Source: the human T2T-CHM13v2.0 reference genome, Homo sapiens. Taken from it: DNA of 64,000 nucleotides. The stretch is from the NCBI RefSeq assembly GCF_009914755.1, contig NC_060933.1. The stretch is one strand, 5' to 3'. The notes below the pieces were generated by a model. That model did not search any database. It was given only the letters and a program-made list of their open reading frames with translations, and was not told the origin of the DNA. Position 1 is the stretch's first letter; every line of letters begins with the position of its first letter. Shown here one piece after another: positions 22,735 through 40,267 of this stretch. A program made the translations under genes and the position numbers.

Positions 22735-23296
22735 GCAATTCAGTGGTTTTTAGAATATTCACAGAGCTGTGCATCCATCACCACAGTCACTTTTAGAAGT
22801 GATTACCCACTTATGAGGTACCCACTTATGAGTGAGAAACCCTCACCTCTTAGTCACTACCTTCTACTTCCCCCATGTTCCTGTGTCTTTATAGGCAGCC
22901 ACTGATTTTCTGTCATTGTAGTTTTGCCTAATCTGGATTTTTTATAGAAATAGAAATTGTACAATATATGATCTTTTGTAGTTTGCTTTTTTTTCTCTTA
23001 GCACAGTGTTTTCAAATTTCTTTCACGTTATAGTTTGTATCAGGATTTCTTTCCTTTTATAGCTGAGCAATAGTTTATGTTTATCCATTCATCAGTCAAT
23101 GGACACTTGTGTTGTTTCTTGCATATTGGCTGTCACAAGTCACGCTGCTATAACCACTCACATGCAAGTTTTAGTGTGAACATATATTTTTATTTCTCTT
23201 GGATTTACACCCAGGAGTGAAATTGTTACATTATGTGATAACTATACATTTAGCCTTTGAGAAACTGCCACGTTGTTTTTCAAAGTGGTTACACCA
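22735..23296 (-). mobile_element. Old L1M 3' fragment
   Basis: TTTATCCATTCATCAGTCAATGGACACTT..GAAACTGCCA..TTTTCAAAGTGGTT. Confidence 0.7.
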
Positions 23297-23697
23297 GTCA
23301 GACCCTGTGTCCAAAAAAAATTAAATAAGTCTACTGTCAAGAGAATTTTCTTTCCAGGTGACTACTGCTCTAAGGAAACCATTTGAACTTTAGTTTTAGC
23401 ACTTCTGTGCTAAAACTTAAGAAAGATGTTAATGACTATTCATCTTAATTGTCATATCATTTGTTACATGTGATTCACTTAGCTAAATATCACTTAGAAA
23501 TTCAGAGTTCTGTTTACCAAAGATTTCAAAAAATTTTCCCATGAAACAGCCCAGTCTTGAAATGAAAAGTTATATATGCATAAGATTGCCTGTCACACAC
23601 TGGACAAACCAATTAAAGGAAGTAGAAATTGTCATATGTCTCAGAATAGATTGTATGTAACATTCTCAAATCTAGGTGAGATTAGATTTGAGATTAG

Positions 23698-24970
<1,273 letters not shown>

Positions 24971-25927
24971 AATTTTTAAATAAATGAATTGTACTCATAC
25001 ATTTTCTAAGTCTGTTGGTGTTACCTATGAAGAAAATATACAGTATTTAAAAAATTTAAATAAGATAAATGTACTTTGTAAATAGGCAATTATACTTCGA
25101 CGAGCTTTGTGGTGTTGCTATGTGAAATGTTAAGATAGTGGTAGGAAAACCAAGCTTGGGGTTCCTCAGCGTTGTTCATTTGCCACAGCTTTTGAAAGAC
25201 AGGTAGGCACATGGTGGAACTTAATTACTTTAGACTCTTGAGTCCTAGTCTGCCCTTGGACTCTCAGGTTCTAGGCAGAGAGAGAGATGTAGAAGTGAGA
25301 TGCAGAAGTGTGTAGATTCTAAAGGGTGTAGAATTTGGAAGAAGATGATGGGAAGGTAGAAATATTTATGTGAATGTAGGCAGTGTTGGAGCAGGAGAAA
25401 GGGAATAGCAAACAGAGATAAGAAGGGTCAGCAACTTTCAGTAACCTGAACCATTCACTTTTTGCCCCATTTTATAACTACTCTGGAGGCTGAGGTGGGA
25501 GGATCGCTTGAGCCCAGGAGGTTGCAGCAGCAGAGGGCTGGACATGGGGGCTCACCTGCTTGTCTCTGTGACCGTAGATATACTAAAATGCTGAAGTCAA
25601 ATACGGATTTTGCAAGTAAAATACTGTTAGAATTTGAGCCTTTCAGTTCATTCTTTTTTGGGTATTATATTGATATATTTCAAAAATTCACATTAAAGTA
25701 TAATCAACTGTGTCCTTTTGTGGAAACGTGTTGATTTGCCATGCCATAGGAAAGCAGAGGATACATGTCTGAAAGTAAAAGATAGTGATGATACAAAATT
25801 ACATTTGACATTTTGCAAAGATTTTTCTGTCCTTGAGCAATGTTTGATGGAGAAGTATATGTTAATAAATATTGTAATAAATATTGTTCTGGAATATAAT
25901 TTAAAAATTCAATGTCTATTTTGACAG

Positions 25928-26030
25928 GCCAGTAGCAGGATATGCTAACCTGTGTCCAAATATGATCTCTACCCAGCCTCAGGAGTTTACTGGGATGCTG
26001 TCCACAGTGAAACAGATTATTCATGCCCTG
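25928..26030 (+). pseudogene. LMLN: LMLN pseudo-exon A (zinc-binding motif exon)
   Basis: gacag| [34 protein letters not shown] (LMLN ..STVKHEVIHAL); followed by ATAAAT instead of a GT donor. Confidence 0.92.
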
Positions 26031-26139
26031 ATAAATTCTACCATTACTTTCTTTCCTTCATGCCTTGATTTTCTGCTTATTAGGTTCTCGTTTTTATACA
26101 TATATTCCATTTTAAGATGATATGGATTCCTAGATTCAT

Positions 26140-26532
26140 GTTCAATAAAAATACACAAATTAGTGGCGCATGGTGGTGTGCACCTGTGGTCCCAGCTGCT
26201 GGGAGGCTGAGGTGGGAGCATGGCTTGAGTCAAGGCTGCAATGAGCTAAGATTGTGCTGCTGCACTCCAGCCTGCTGATAAAGGCAGACCTTGTATCAAA
26301 CAAGAAGATTTATAAAGCTTTTTCCTCCCTTAAAATTCTAAGATTTAAGAATTAATGATACTGAAAGGCCTATGAAAGTATGTAGATATGGCAGAGCCTG
26401 CGCTGCTGCTGCTGTTTGTTTGTTTTTTAAGGCATTACCATGGCTTACTGCAGCCTCAACCTCCTGGGCTCCAGTGATCCCACCTGAGCCTCCCAAGTAG
26501 CCGGGACTGCAGACATGTGCCACTACACTCGG

Positions 26533-26573
<41 letters not shown>

Positions 26574-26903
26574 TAGAGACATGGTCTCGCTGTGTTGCCC
26601 AGGCTGGTCTCAAACTCCTGGACTCAAGTGATCCTCCCAAAGTGTTGAGATTAGAGGGGTGAGCCACTGAGTCCAGCTCCCTGCTGCTGCAACCTTTTGG
26701 GCTCAAGCAATCCTCCCACCTCAGCCTCCAGAGTAGCTGGGACCACAGGCACGCACCACCACACCCCACTAATTTTTGTATTTTTAGTACAGATGGGGTC
26801 TTGCCATGTTGCCCAGACTGTTCTTGAACTCCTGGGCTCAAGTGATCCTCCACCTCAGCCTCCCGAAGTGCTAGGATTACAGGCATGAGCCACTGTGCCC
26901 GGC
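26140..26903. mobile_element. Alu fragments and a compound antisense Alu containing (TG)n at 26540-26572
   Basis: Alu consensus; dinucleotide repeat in the linker. Confidence 0.85.
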
Positions 26904-27306
26904 CCTTCTGTTGCCGCTTCTGATAACCATGTGAAAATCCTTATAGGGAGAAAGTAGTGATGACTTACCACTTTCTCAAATTAAAGGAAAGGAAATGATC
27001 AGCTAAATAATTTTTTACATGTATATTTGAGCACATACAAATGCTTGTCTTCACAGACATTTTGAATTAAGTTTATCTGTTGTAAGCAAATGTCAGTCTT
27101 GGCCATGCATCTCAGTGTGCTGCTTTTATCTTTACAGCTCTTGTTCAGAAGTGATACCTGAAACATTCTCAAAAAAGGAAGAAAGGCCGGGAGTGGTGGC
27201 TCTCCCCTGTAATCCCAGCACTTTGGGAGGATTCTGCTATATATATAAGAAGGCCAAAATAACTTTAAAACGCAGACAGACTTTCAGAACCATTTCATAA
27301 AGTACA

Positions 27307-27310
<4 letters not shown>

Positions 27311-27342
<32 letters not shown>
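27311..27342. repeat. (CA)n microsatellite
   Basis: Uninterrupted CA run. Confidence 0.95.
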
Positions 27343-27345
<3 letters not shown>

Positions 27346-27702
27346 GACAGGAATTAAAAATACAACAGCTGGTGCGCTTCATGGTTTTAAAACTCTTAAT
27401 GGTGCCTGGAAATATAATTATAGCACAGTAATAGATGTTTATAGTATTTATACTGTATATAAATTGAAAATACTGTATTTTAGAAAATTTCTCATTAGAA
27501 ATATTTACCTCAAGTAATTAGAATTTAAAATTTATAAATATGGAACACTTAATTGTTCGATTCCAATGTGTGAGAAGTTCCTATAGAAGCATTGGCGTGG
27601 TGCTTTTATGTCCCAGTTGGTATCAGTGCTCTCTTTTGATCACAGGCCTGTAATCAGCGTTGATATTTTTCACATTAAGACATTTTGAACTTTTTCTTAC
27701 AG

Positions 27703-27797
27703 GGTTTCTCTGCTGGGCTGTTTGCATTTTGCCACGATGAAGATGGAAATCCTCTCACTTCAAGATTTGCAGATGGCCTCCCACTTTTTAATTTTAG
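27703..27797 (+). pseudogene. LMLN: LMLN pseudo-exon B
   Basis: ttacag| [31 protein letters not shown] |gt. Confidence 0.92.
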
Positions 27798-27798
27798 G

Positions 27799-28107
<309 letters not shown>

Positions 28108-28422
28108 AATTATAGGTATTTTTCATTTCTGTTCTTGTTCTCCTCTATTAGAAGGGTGCCAAGACTAGAATCTGAGAATCATAGCATATTAGATGCCATA
28201 AATAATAACGTCTTTATGGCAAACCCATCGAAATTGTAGATAATAAAACAAAATAGGGTATAAGAGGCCATTTTATGAAAACATAACTTGTGAGATAGGC
28301 AATATTTACATAACGATGTAAGTAAGGAGGAGAGAGATACCCATACACAAGAACCATTCTTAAGCTGATAATTTGCAGTGCTTTCTTGCATTGAGCATAT
28401 TCCTCAAAAGCATCAAACCTTC

Positions 28423-31975
<3,553 letters not shown>

Positions 31976-32171
31976 CCAAAAAATTAAATTTTACAAAATG
32001 TAGAAAGGAAAATACTTATCAAGTACTTTGTTTGGACTTGGTACATAGGATGTTCCCAAATATTTTAATTTCATATTGATATTTATAAAGACTTTTTACA
32101 GTAAATATAAATATTTTTACATTTATAGTTGTGAATTTGCAACAATAATTGTTTTAATTCTATAATTGCAG

Positions 32172-32284
32172 TCTTGGATTATATCAATGGAGTGATAAAG
32201 TAGTTCGAACAGTGGAGAGATTATGGGATGTTCGAGACAATAACACTGTGTATTATTGTTTATCTCCTGGTAACGCTTCTTGTT
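32172..32284 (+). pseudogene. LMLN: LMLN pseudo-exon C (frameshifted)
   Basis: ttgcag| [23 protein letters not shown], then a shifted VYLLVT; |gtaagt; 113 nt breaks the phase. Confidence 0.9.
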
Positions 32285-32587
32285 GTAAGTATTACTGAAC
32301 TTCATGTCTCATGAGCCATCTGTTCTTTTCCTTTATTGTGGTCCTTTCTTTACTCATCATTATTATTTAAGAACTTGTAATATTTTAGAGTCTATAGTAG
32401 GAAAAGTAATATAAAGGCAGTGTAATAAAGCTATGGGCCATGAGAAATCTGAGGAAATGGAAACTTGGCAATGAGTCTCACGGCTCCCATCCTACCCAGT
32501 GCTTTAGGCCAGTGCCGCCTCTGTTGTGATGCCTCTTAGGATCAGTGGTACTATTTCTGTAATGACTTAACATTTTATTTGGTGTCT

Positions 32588-33330
32588 GTATTAGTTAGGG
32601 TTCTCCAGAGAATCAGAACCAACAGGATGTGTGTATATTTCTATATATATGTACACACAGAGAAAGAATATGAGAGAGGAGGGGAGGAAGAGATTTCTTT
32701 CTTTTTTTTCTTTTTTCTTTTTTTTTTTTTTTTGAGACAGGGTCTCACTCTGTCACCCAGGCTGGAGTGTATTGGTGTGGTTTCGGCTTGGTGCAACCTC
32801 TGCCTCCTGGGCCCAAGTGATTCTCCCACTTCAGCCTCCTGAGTGGCTGAGACTACAGGCACGCACCACCACCAGGCCCAGCCAATTCTGTTTATTTTTT
32901 GAAGTGATGAGGTCTCACTATGTGCCCAGGCTGGTCTCGATCTCCTGGGCTCAAGCAGTCCTCCTGCTTCAGCCTCCCAAAGTGCTGGGATTACAGGTGT
33001 GAGCCACAACACCTGTCCAAGAGATAACTTTTAAGGATTTGGCTCACATGACTGTGGAAGCTTGGCGAGTTCAAATCTGATGGGGTAGTCCAGCAGGCTG
33101 GAGACTCAGGGGAGAGTTGCAGTTTGAGTCCAAAGGCAGAATGACTTCTTGTTCAGGGGAGATCAATCTTTGTTCTCTTAAGGCCTTCTACTGATTGGAC
33201 AAGGCCCACCCACATTATGGAAGGTGATCTTTACTTCAGAGTCCACTGATTTCAATGTTACTCTCATTCAAGAAAATACCTTCACAGAAACATCCAGAAT
33301 ATCTGGGCCAAGTATCTGGGCACCACGGCT
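32588..33330. mobile_element. MLT2 (ERVL) LTR with a nested Alu (32697-33018)
   Basis: TGTATTAGTTAGGGTTCTCCAGAGAA..CAGCAGGCTGGAGACTCAGGG..GGCCCACCCACATTATGGA. Confidence 0.8.
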
Positions 33331-33475
33331 ATTCTCCCTCCCCCTTTTCCTTGCCTATGTACAGCTGTCTGACTTCTAAAGTTTTGCATTGCTCTTGGGC
33401 TACTTCCTATCTCTGGAAACCTCTAACTAAAGGACAGACAGAACCCAATGAGCAAGGTTTTATCATACTGAGCAA

Positions 33476-33971
33476 CTTTTTTTTTTTTTTTTTTTGAGAC
33501 AGAATTTCCCTCTTGTCACCCCGGCTGCAGTGCAATAGCACAAGCTCGGCTCACTGCAACCTCCGCCTCCTGGGTTCAAGTGGTTCTCCTGCTTCAGCCT
33601 CCTGAGTAGCTGGAATTACAGGCACCCGCCACCATGCCCAGCTAATTTTTGTATTTTTAGTAGAGACAGGGGTTTCATCATGTTGGCCAGGGTGAGACCC
33701 TGTCTCAAAAAAAAAGGAAACCTCTTCCTCCCCTCCTCTCTCGTATCTTTCTCCACATTTATATAGATATATACACACATCCTGTTGGTTCTGTTTCTCT
33801 GGAGAACCTTGACTAATACAGATACCAAATAAAATGATCACTCATTATAGAAATAATACCACTGATCCTAAGAGGTATCACAACAGAGGAGGCACTGGTG
33901 ACTTCAAGTGATCTGCCTGCCTCGGCCTCCTAAAGTGCTGGGATTACAGGTGTGAGCCAGCGTACCTGGCC
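33476..33971 (-). mobile_element. AluS with an internal inverted copy of 32509-32752
   Basis: Alu interrupted at TTGGCCAG| and resuming at |TGACTTCAAGTGATC. Confidence 0.88.
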
Positions 33972-35741
33972 AGAGTAGATTTTTTGAACAGATAAAACTG
34001 ACAAACCTTTAGTTAGAGAGATGCAGATAACATAAGAAATGAAAGAGGAGACATTACAACTGATATGACAGAAACACAAAGGATCATAAGAGACTATTAT
34101 AAACAATTATATACCAACGAATTGGATAACCCACAAGAAATGAACAAATTCCTAGACAAATACAACCTCTGAAGACTGAGTCATGAAGAAATGAAAAATC
34201 TGAACAGACCAATAATGAGTAATGAGATTGAATCAGTAATAAAAGTCGACCATCAAAGAGAAGCCCAGAACCAGTTTCACTCCTGAATTTCACCAAACGT
34301 TTAACAAAGAATGAATACCAATCCCTCTCAAACTTTTCCAAAAAACTGAAGAGGAGGGATTACTTCTAGACTCTTTTTACCAGGGTGGTATTAGTCTAAT
34401 AACAAATGTAGACAAAGCTATTGCAAGAAAAGAAAATTACAGGCTAATGTCCTTGATGAGCATTAAGTACAAAAATTTTCTGACAAAATACTAACAAGCT
34501 GAATTCTACAACACGTTAAATAGGTCATCCATCATGATCAAGTGAGATTTATCCACAGGATGCAAGGATGGCTGAACATAGCAAATCAATAAATGTGATA
34601 CATCTCGCTGACAGAATAAAAAACAAAAACCATATGATCGTCTCAGTAGATGCAGAAAAATCATTTAGCAAAATTCAACATCTTTTTATGGTTAAAAACT
34701 AACCAAATTAGGCCGGGCGTGGTGGCTCACGCCTGTAATCCCAGCACTTTGGGAGGCCGAGGCGGGCGGATCATGAGTTCAGGAGATCGAGACCATCCTG
34801 GCTAGCACGGAGAAACCCTGTCTCTACTAAAAAATACAAAAAAATTAGCCGGGCGTTGTGGCAGGCTCCTGTAGTCCCAGCCACTCACGAGGCTGAGGCA
34901 GGAGAATGGCGTGAACCCGGGAGGTGGAGCTTGTAGTGAGCCAAGATTGGGCCACTGCACTCCAGCCTGGGCAACAGAGTGAGACTCCATCTCAAAAAAA
35001 AAAAAAAAAAAACTAACCAAATTAGGTGCAAAAAGAAAGTACCTCAGCACAATAAAGACCATATAAGAGACACCCAAAACAAACCTTATACTTATTAGTG
35101 AAAAATTGAAAGCCTTTCCTCCAAGATCTCTTACCACTTCTACATTCTACAGAGTATTGAAGAACATAGTGGTAAGAACACTCTTACCACTTCTACATAA
35201 TATTGGAAGTCCTTGCTAGAGCAGTCTGACCATAGAAATAAAAGGCATTCAAATAGGACAGGAAGAAGTGAAATAGTTGCTGTTTGCTGATGACATGGTC
35301 TTATATATAGAAAATCCTAGAGACTCCATAAAAAAATTGTGAGGATTAATAAATAAAGTTGCAGGATACAAAATCAACACACAAAAATCAGTAATTTTCT
35401 ATATACTAACAGAAAACTACCTGAAAAAGAAATCAAGAAAACAATCTCATTTACAATAGCTACCAAGAAAAGTAATTCTTAGGAATAAATTTACCCAGGG
35501 AAGTAAAAGACCTATACACTGAAAACTACATGAAAGAAACTGAAGAAAACATAATAAATAAAAGGGAATCCTATGTTCATGGAGTAGAATAATTAATATT
35601 GTTAAAATGTCCATACTACCCAAAACAGTTTACGGATTCAGTGAGATCCCTGTCAAAATTCCAGTGTCATTTCTCATAGAAGTAGGTAAAAAATCCTCAT
35701 TCATATAGAACCACACACACACAAAACCCTGAATAGCCACA

Positions 35742-36567
35742 GGAAAAAATGCTCATCATCACTGGCCATCAGAGAAATGCAAATCAAAACCACAATGAGA
35801 TACCATCTCACATCAGTTAGAATGGTGATCATTAAAAAGTCAGGAAACAACAGGTGCTGGAGAGGATGTGGAGAAATAGGAACACTTTTACACTGTTGGT
35901 GGGACTGTAAACTAGTTCAACCATTGTTTGTGATTGAACAACTTCCAAATGTTCCACATTGTGGAAGACAGTGTGGCGATTCCTCAAGGATCTAGAACTA
36001 GAAATACCATTTGACTCAGCCATCCCATTACTGGGTGTATACCCAAAGGATTATAAATCATGCTGCTATAAAGGCACATGCACACATATGTTTATTGCGG
36101 CACTATTCACAATAGCAAACACTTGGAACCAACCAAAATGTCCATCAATGATAGACTGGATTAAGAAAATGTGGCACATATACACTATGGAATACTATGC
36201 AGCCATAAAAAAGGATGAGTTCATGTCCTTTGTAGGGACATGGATGGAGGTGGAAACTACCATTCTCGGCAAACTATTGCAAGTACAAAAAAACCAAACA
36301 CCGCATGTTCTCACTTATAGGTGGGACTTGAACAATGAGAACACTTGGACGCAGGAAGGGGAACATCACACACCAGGGCCTGTTGTGGGGTGGGGGGAGG
36401 GAAAGCATTAGGAGATATACCTAATGTAAATGACAAGTTAATGGGTGCAGCACACCAACACGGCACATGTATACATATGTAACAAACCTGCACATTGTGC
36501 ACATGTACCCTAGAACTTAAAGTATAAAAAAAAAAAAAATGAAAGATTGAAAAAAAAAAAAAACCCA
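35742..36567 (+). mobile_element. Younger 5'-truncated L1PA insertion with TSD AAAA(C/A)CCTGAATAGCCA
   Basis: ORF2 C-terminus (ORF 35959), 3' UTR ..CCCTAGAACTTAAAGTATAAAA, poly-A tail, flanking direct repeat. Confidence 0.92.
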
Positions 36568-37384
36568 AAAAACCTGAATAGCCAAAGCAATCGTGAGCAA
36601 AAAGAACAAAGCTATTGAGGCAGTGTGATGCCTCTAGCTTTGTAGTATTTCAAACTATACTGCAAAGGAATAATAATTAAAATTTCATGTTCCTGTCATA
36701 AAAGTAGGCACATTGATGAATGGAACAGAATAAATTATGATTAACTTGATTATGATTAATCAATTATAGTTAATTGATTTTTAATAAAGGTGCTGAGAAT
36801 ACACAATGGGAAAAAGTCTCTTCAATAAATGGTGCTGGGAAAACTGGGTATCCTTAGCAGAAGAATGAAATTTGACCTTTATCTCACATCATATACAAAA
36901 ACCAACTCCAAATGTATTAAATATTTAAACATAAGACAAGGAACTGTAAAACTACTAGAAGAAAACATAAGGGGACAACTACGTGACATTGGTTTGGGCA
37001 ATGAGTTTTTGAATTGGACCCTAAAAGCACAGGCAACAAAAATAAAAACGGACAAATGGGATTACATGAAACAAAAAAGCTGCTGCACGGCAAAGGGAAC
37101 AAAAGTGTGAAGAGACAGTCTACAAATTGGGAAAAAATATTTGCAAGCCAAACATCAGAAAAAATATCCAAAATATATAAGGAATGCAAACAACTGTGTA
37201 CAAATAGCCCATTTAAAAAATGGGCCAGGGACCTAAATAGACATTTCTTAAAAGAAGACATGCAAATTATGAACAGGTACACGAAAAAATACTCAACATT
37301 ACTAATCCTTAGGGAAATGCAAATTCAAACCACAATGAGATGTCATTTTATGTCTGTCAGATGACTATTATCAAAAAGACAAGA

Positions 37385-37490
37385 GTGCTCGCTTTGACAG
37401 CACAAATACTAAAATTGGAATGATACAGAGAAGATTAACATGGCCCCACTGCAAGGATGACATGCAAATTCATGAAGCATTCCGTATGTT
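37385..37490 (+). pseudogene. RNU6: U6 snRNA retropseudogene
   Basis: GTGCTCGCTTTGACAGCACAAATACTAAAATTGGAATGATACAGAGAAGATTAACATGGCCCC..GCAAGGATGACATGCAAATTCATGAAGCATTCC; A-rich tail; sits inside L1; CpG-decayed. Confidence 0.93.
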
Positions 37491-38496
37491 AAAAAGAAAA
37501 GAAACAAAAGGTAACAAGTGTTGGTGAGGATGTGGAGAAAAGAGAATCCTTGTACAATGTTGGTGGTAGTATAAAGTAATACAGCCATTGTGGAAAACTG
37601 TATGGAAGTTCTTTGAAAACTAAAAATAGAATTACCATATGATCCAACAATCCTTGTTCCATATTTACACAAAAGATTTGAAACCAGTTTGTCAAAGAGA
37701 TGTTTGCACTCCTGTGTTCATTGCAGCACTATTTACAATAGCCACATTACGGAATCAGCCTAACAGTCCATCAGCAGATGAATGGGTAAAGAAAACGGGT
37801 TATATACAATTGACCGTAGAACAACATAAGTCGGAACTGCACAGGTCCACTTATTTGTGGACTTCTACCACTTCTGCCACCCCTTAGCCAGCAAGACCAA
37901 CTCCTAGTCTTCCTCTTCAATGTGAAGACAAGGATGAAGACCTTTATGGTGACCCACTTCCACTTAATGAATAGTGAGTATATTTTCCTTATGATATTTT
38001 TTGTAACATTTTCTCTAGCTTTATTGTAAGAATACAGTACATAATACATAAAATATACAATATATGTGTTAATTGACTATGTTATTGGTAAGGCTTCTTG
38101 TCAACAGTAGGCTATGAATAGCTAAGTTATGGGGAAATCAACAGCTATACACAGATATTGAACTGCATAGGAAGTTGGCACCACTTATCACGGTGGAATG
38201 CTATTCAGCCTTAAAAAGGCTGGAAAATTTGTCATTTGTGACAACATGGATGAAACTGGAGAACATGATGCTAAAAAAGGAACAAGGAGACAAATACCTA
38301 ATGTTTTCACTTACATGTGACATCTAAAACTATTGAACTCAGAAGCAGAGGGTAGTGGTTCGAGGCTGGGGGTTGGGGAAAATGGTAAGATGATGGCCAA
38401 AGGGCACAAAATCACAAACAGAAGTAATACATTTTTGTTCTTTTTTTTGAGGTCATTGCACAGTATGGTGAATGTGGTTAATAATAGTGAATTGCG

Positions 38497-38621
38497 GCCG
38501 GGCGCAGTGGCTCACGCCTGTAATCCCAGCACTTTGGAAGGCCAAGGCGGGCGGATCACAAGGTCAGGAGATCGAGACCATCCTGGCTAACACAGTGAAA
38601 CCCTGTCTCTACTAAAAATAC
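38497..38621 (+). mobile_element. Left-arm-only AluY-like insertion with TSD
   Basis: AATAATAGTG(A/T)ATTGC on both sides; ends at the CTACTAAAAATAC linker. Confidence 0.85.
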
Positions 38622-39123
38622 AATAATAGTGTATTGCACATTTTTAAACTGAAAGTAAATTTAAAATGTGCTTCTCACAAAAAATAAGTATTTGAAATGA
38701 TGGATTAGCTTGATGTAATTACTTCATATTGTTCATAAATCAGAACATCACTCTACTCTATAAATATATGCAATTATAAATTGTCAATTTAAAATAAAAT
38801 AAAAAATAAAAAATTGTAAAATTGTTACTAACATGAGTTACAGCTGTCAATCATACTAGTCTATAACATTTTTTAGCTATGTGGTACAAAAGTGAAAATC
38901 TTCAGAGAGAGGAAAAGATACTAAGAGAAGTAATTTCTTAGCAAAGAGAAGTGTGACTGCATCAAAATATTTAATTATATTAAAAACCATATTTTAAAAA
39001 GAAATTCTTTTTTCAAGAAAGTAATTTTTTAATGTTAACTTATATTCATGTGATGAAAAGTTTGCCATTATCTTATGGTACTTTTGTACCATATTTTCTT
39101 CCGATTTTTCTTCTGGTTCTTAG

Positions 39124-39231
39124 CAGGAAGCACGAAAACATTTTAATTGTCCAGTTCTGGAGGGAATGGAACTTGAAAATCAAGGTGGTAAGTGCACTGA
39201 GCTCAACCATTGGGAAAAAAGGTTATTAGAG
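39124..39231 (+). pseudogene. LMLN: LMLN pseudo-exon D (third zinc ligand NHWE)
   Basis: cttag| [36 protein letters not shown]; followed by TTCAGT instead of GT. Confidence 0.92.
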
Positions 39232-39704
39232 TTCAGTTTTTAAATTTTAGACTTTATTTAATAAAATAATTCATAATTATGGCAAACGTTATTCAAACAG
39301 GTTACAAATGTTTTGTCCCTTTACCCCTTCAGCTCTTGAGATCCACTGTCCACATGTAATCACTCTTTAAGTTTTGGTATATGCTTTTCATAAGTGTTAT
39401 ATATGTATGTATGTGCAAACACTTGCAGAATTGTTTATTTTTTAATGGGTTCACATATTTATGCAACTTTTTTCACTTTTTCCAAGGCACTATAGGTGCT
39501 TCTGCTATAATGCAATGTATGCTTTCCTAAAAACCTTTTTCTTCAAAATTGGACACTAAAAATAACAAGACTTGTGGGAAAAACAAGTAAACAGATCACT
39601 AACAGAAACAAGTAAGTCATGTAGAACTATGAGCTCAGTTTAAAAATACATCAGATTTCCAATAAATGAAGTCCTGTATCTAATCTAGTATTTCTTTTAT
39701 TAAT

Positions 39705-40267
<563 letters not shown>

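Larger units (their letters stand above)
33975..38810 (+). mobile_element. Long old L1M(A) element hosting nested insertions: AluY 34711-35012, L1PA, U6, Tigger2a-like 37807-38185, half Alu
   Basis: Degenerate ORF2 (ORFs 36829 and 37014: [27 protein letters not shown]) and 3' UTR. Confidence 0.85.

Noticed and set aside
36540-36550. TGAAAGATTG in an L1 tail, resembling the GGAAAGATT of the candidate transduction
   Set aside because: Too short and A-rich to support a shared source
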